Part shown: positions 63,870 through 64,000 of the stretch, one piece after another | Numbering within the stretch: the stretch's first letter is position 1 | Layout: each line of letters opens with the position of its first letter | Assembly (NCBI GenBank): GCA_963693365.1 | Contig: CAVNZM010000011.1 | Location: 2,464,989 to 2,528,988, forward strand | DNA length: 64,000 nucleotides | Source: Amoebidium appalachense | Lineage: Eukaryota > Protista > Ichthyosporea | Direction of reading: 5' to 3' | Translations under genes and position numbers: made by a program | Notes under the pieces: generated by a model | Told to the model about the DNA's origin: nothing | The model's database searches: none | Seen by the model: only the letters and a program-made list of their open reading frames with translations

Positions 63870-64000
63870 GGGGGAGTGCTCTTGTGTGCTACTAAAACAT
63901 TGCGCAGACCCGGGGGGGGGGGGGGGGGGGGGGGGGCAAGAGGGGGCAGGAAGGGGGCATAGAATTTGTTACAGAGTCTGAAGTGCATATTCGTGACGGG

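Overview
Eukaryotic, very intron-rich genomic DNA; the animal-like proteins and exon boundaries suggest an opisthokont, possibly a unicellular holozoan (inference). The supplied ORF track is almost entirely simple-repeat noise. By hand-splicing GT-AG exons with consistent phases I reconstructed five genes: MRE11 (+, 27 exons, about 698 aa), site-1 protease MBTPS1 (-, 24 exons, about 1029 aa), an Erf4/Golgin-A7/CHIC-like gene (+, 4 exons, 259 aa), the 3' part of an AAAP/SLC38-like amino acid transporter (-, 12 exons in window), and a tentative orphan gene with a C-terminal TM segment at the left edge (-). The most striking signal is a strand-polarised intron grammar: weak 5' donors are followed by poly-C, many 3' acceptors are (CA)n-AG with no U-rich tract, and one is A35-G. 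Introns also hold three different TIR/MITE-like elements, several minisatellites, a duplication that creates a candidate poison exon in MRE11, and an exon bracketed by complementary microsatellites. All coordinates were read by eye; homopolymer lengths may be inaccurate. No rRNA, tRNA or CRISPR array was recognised.
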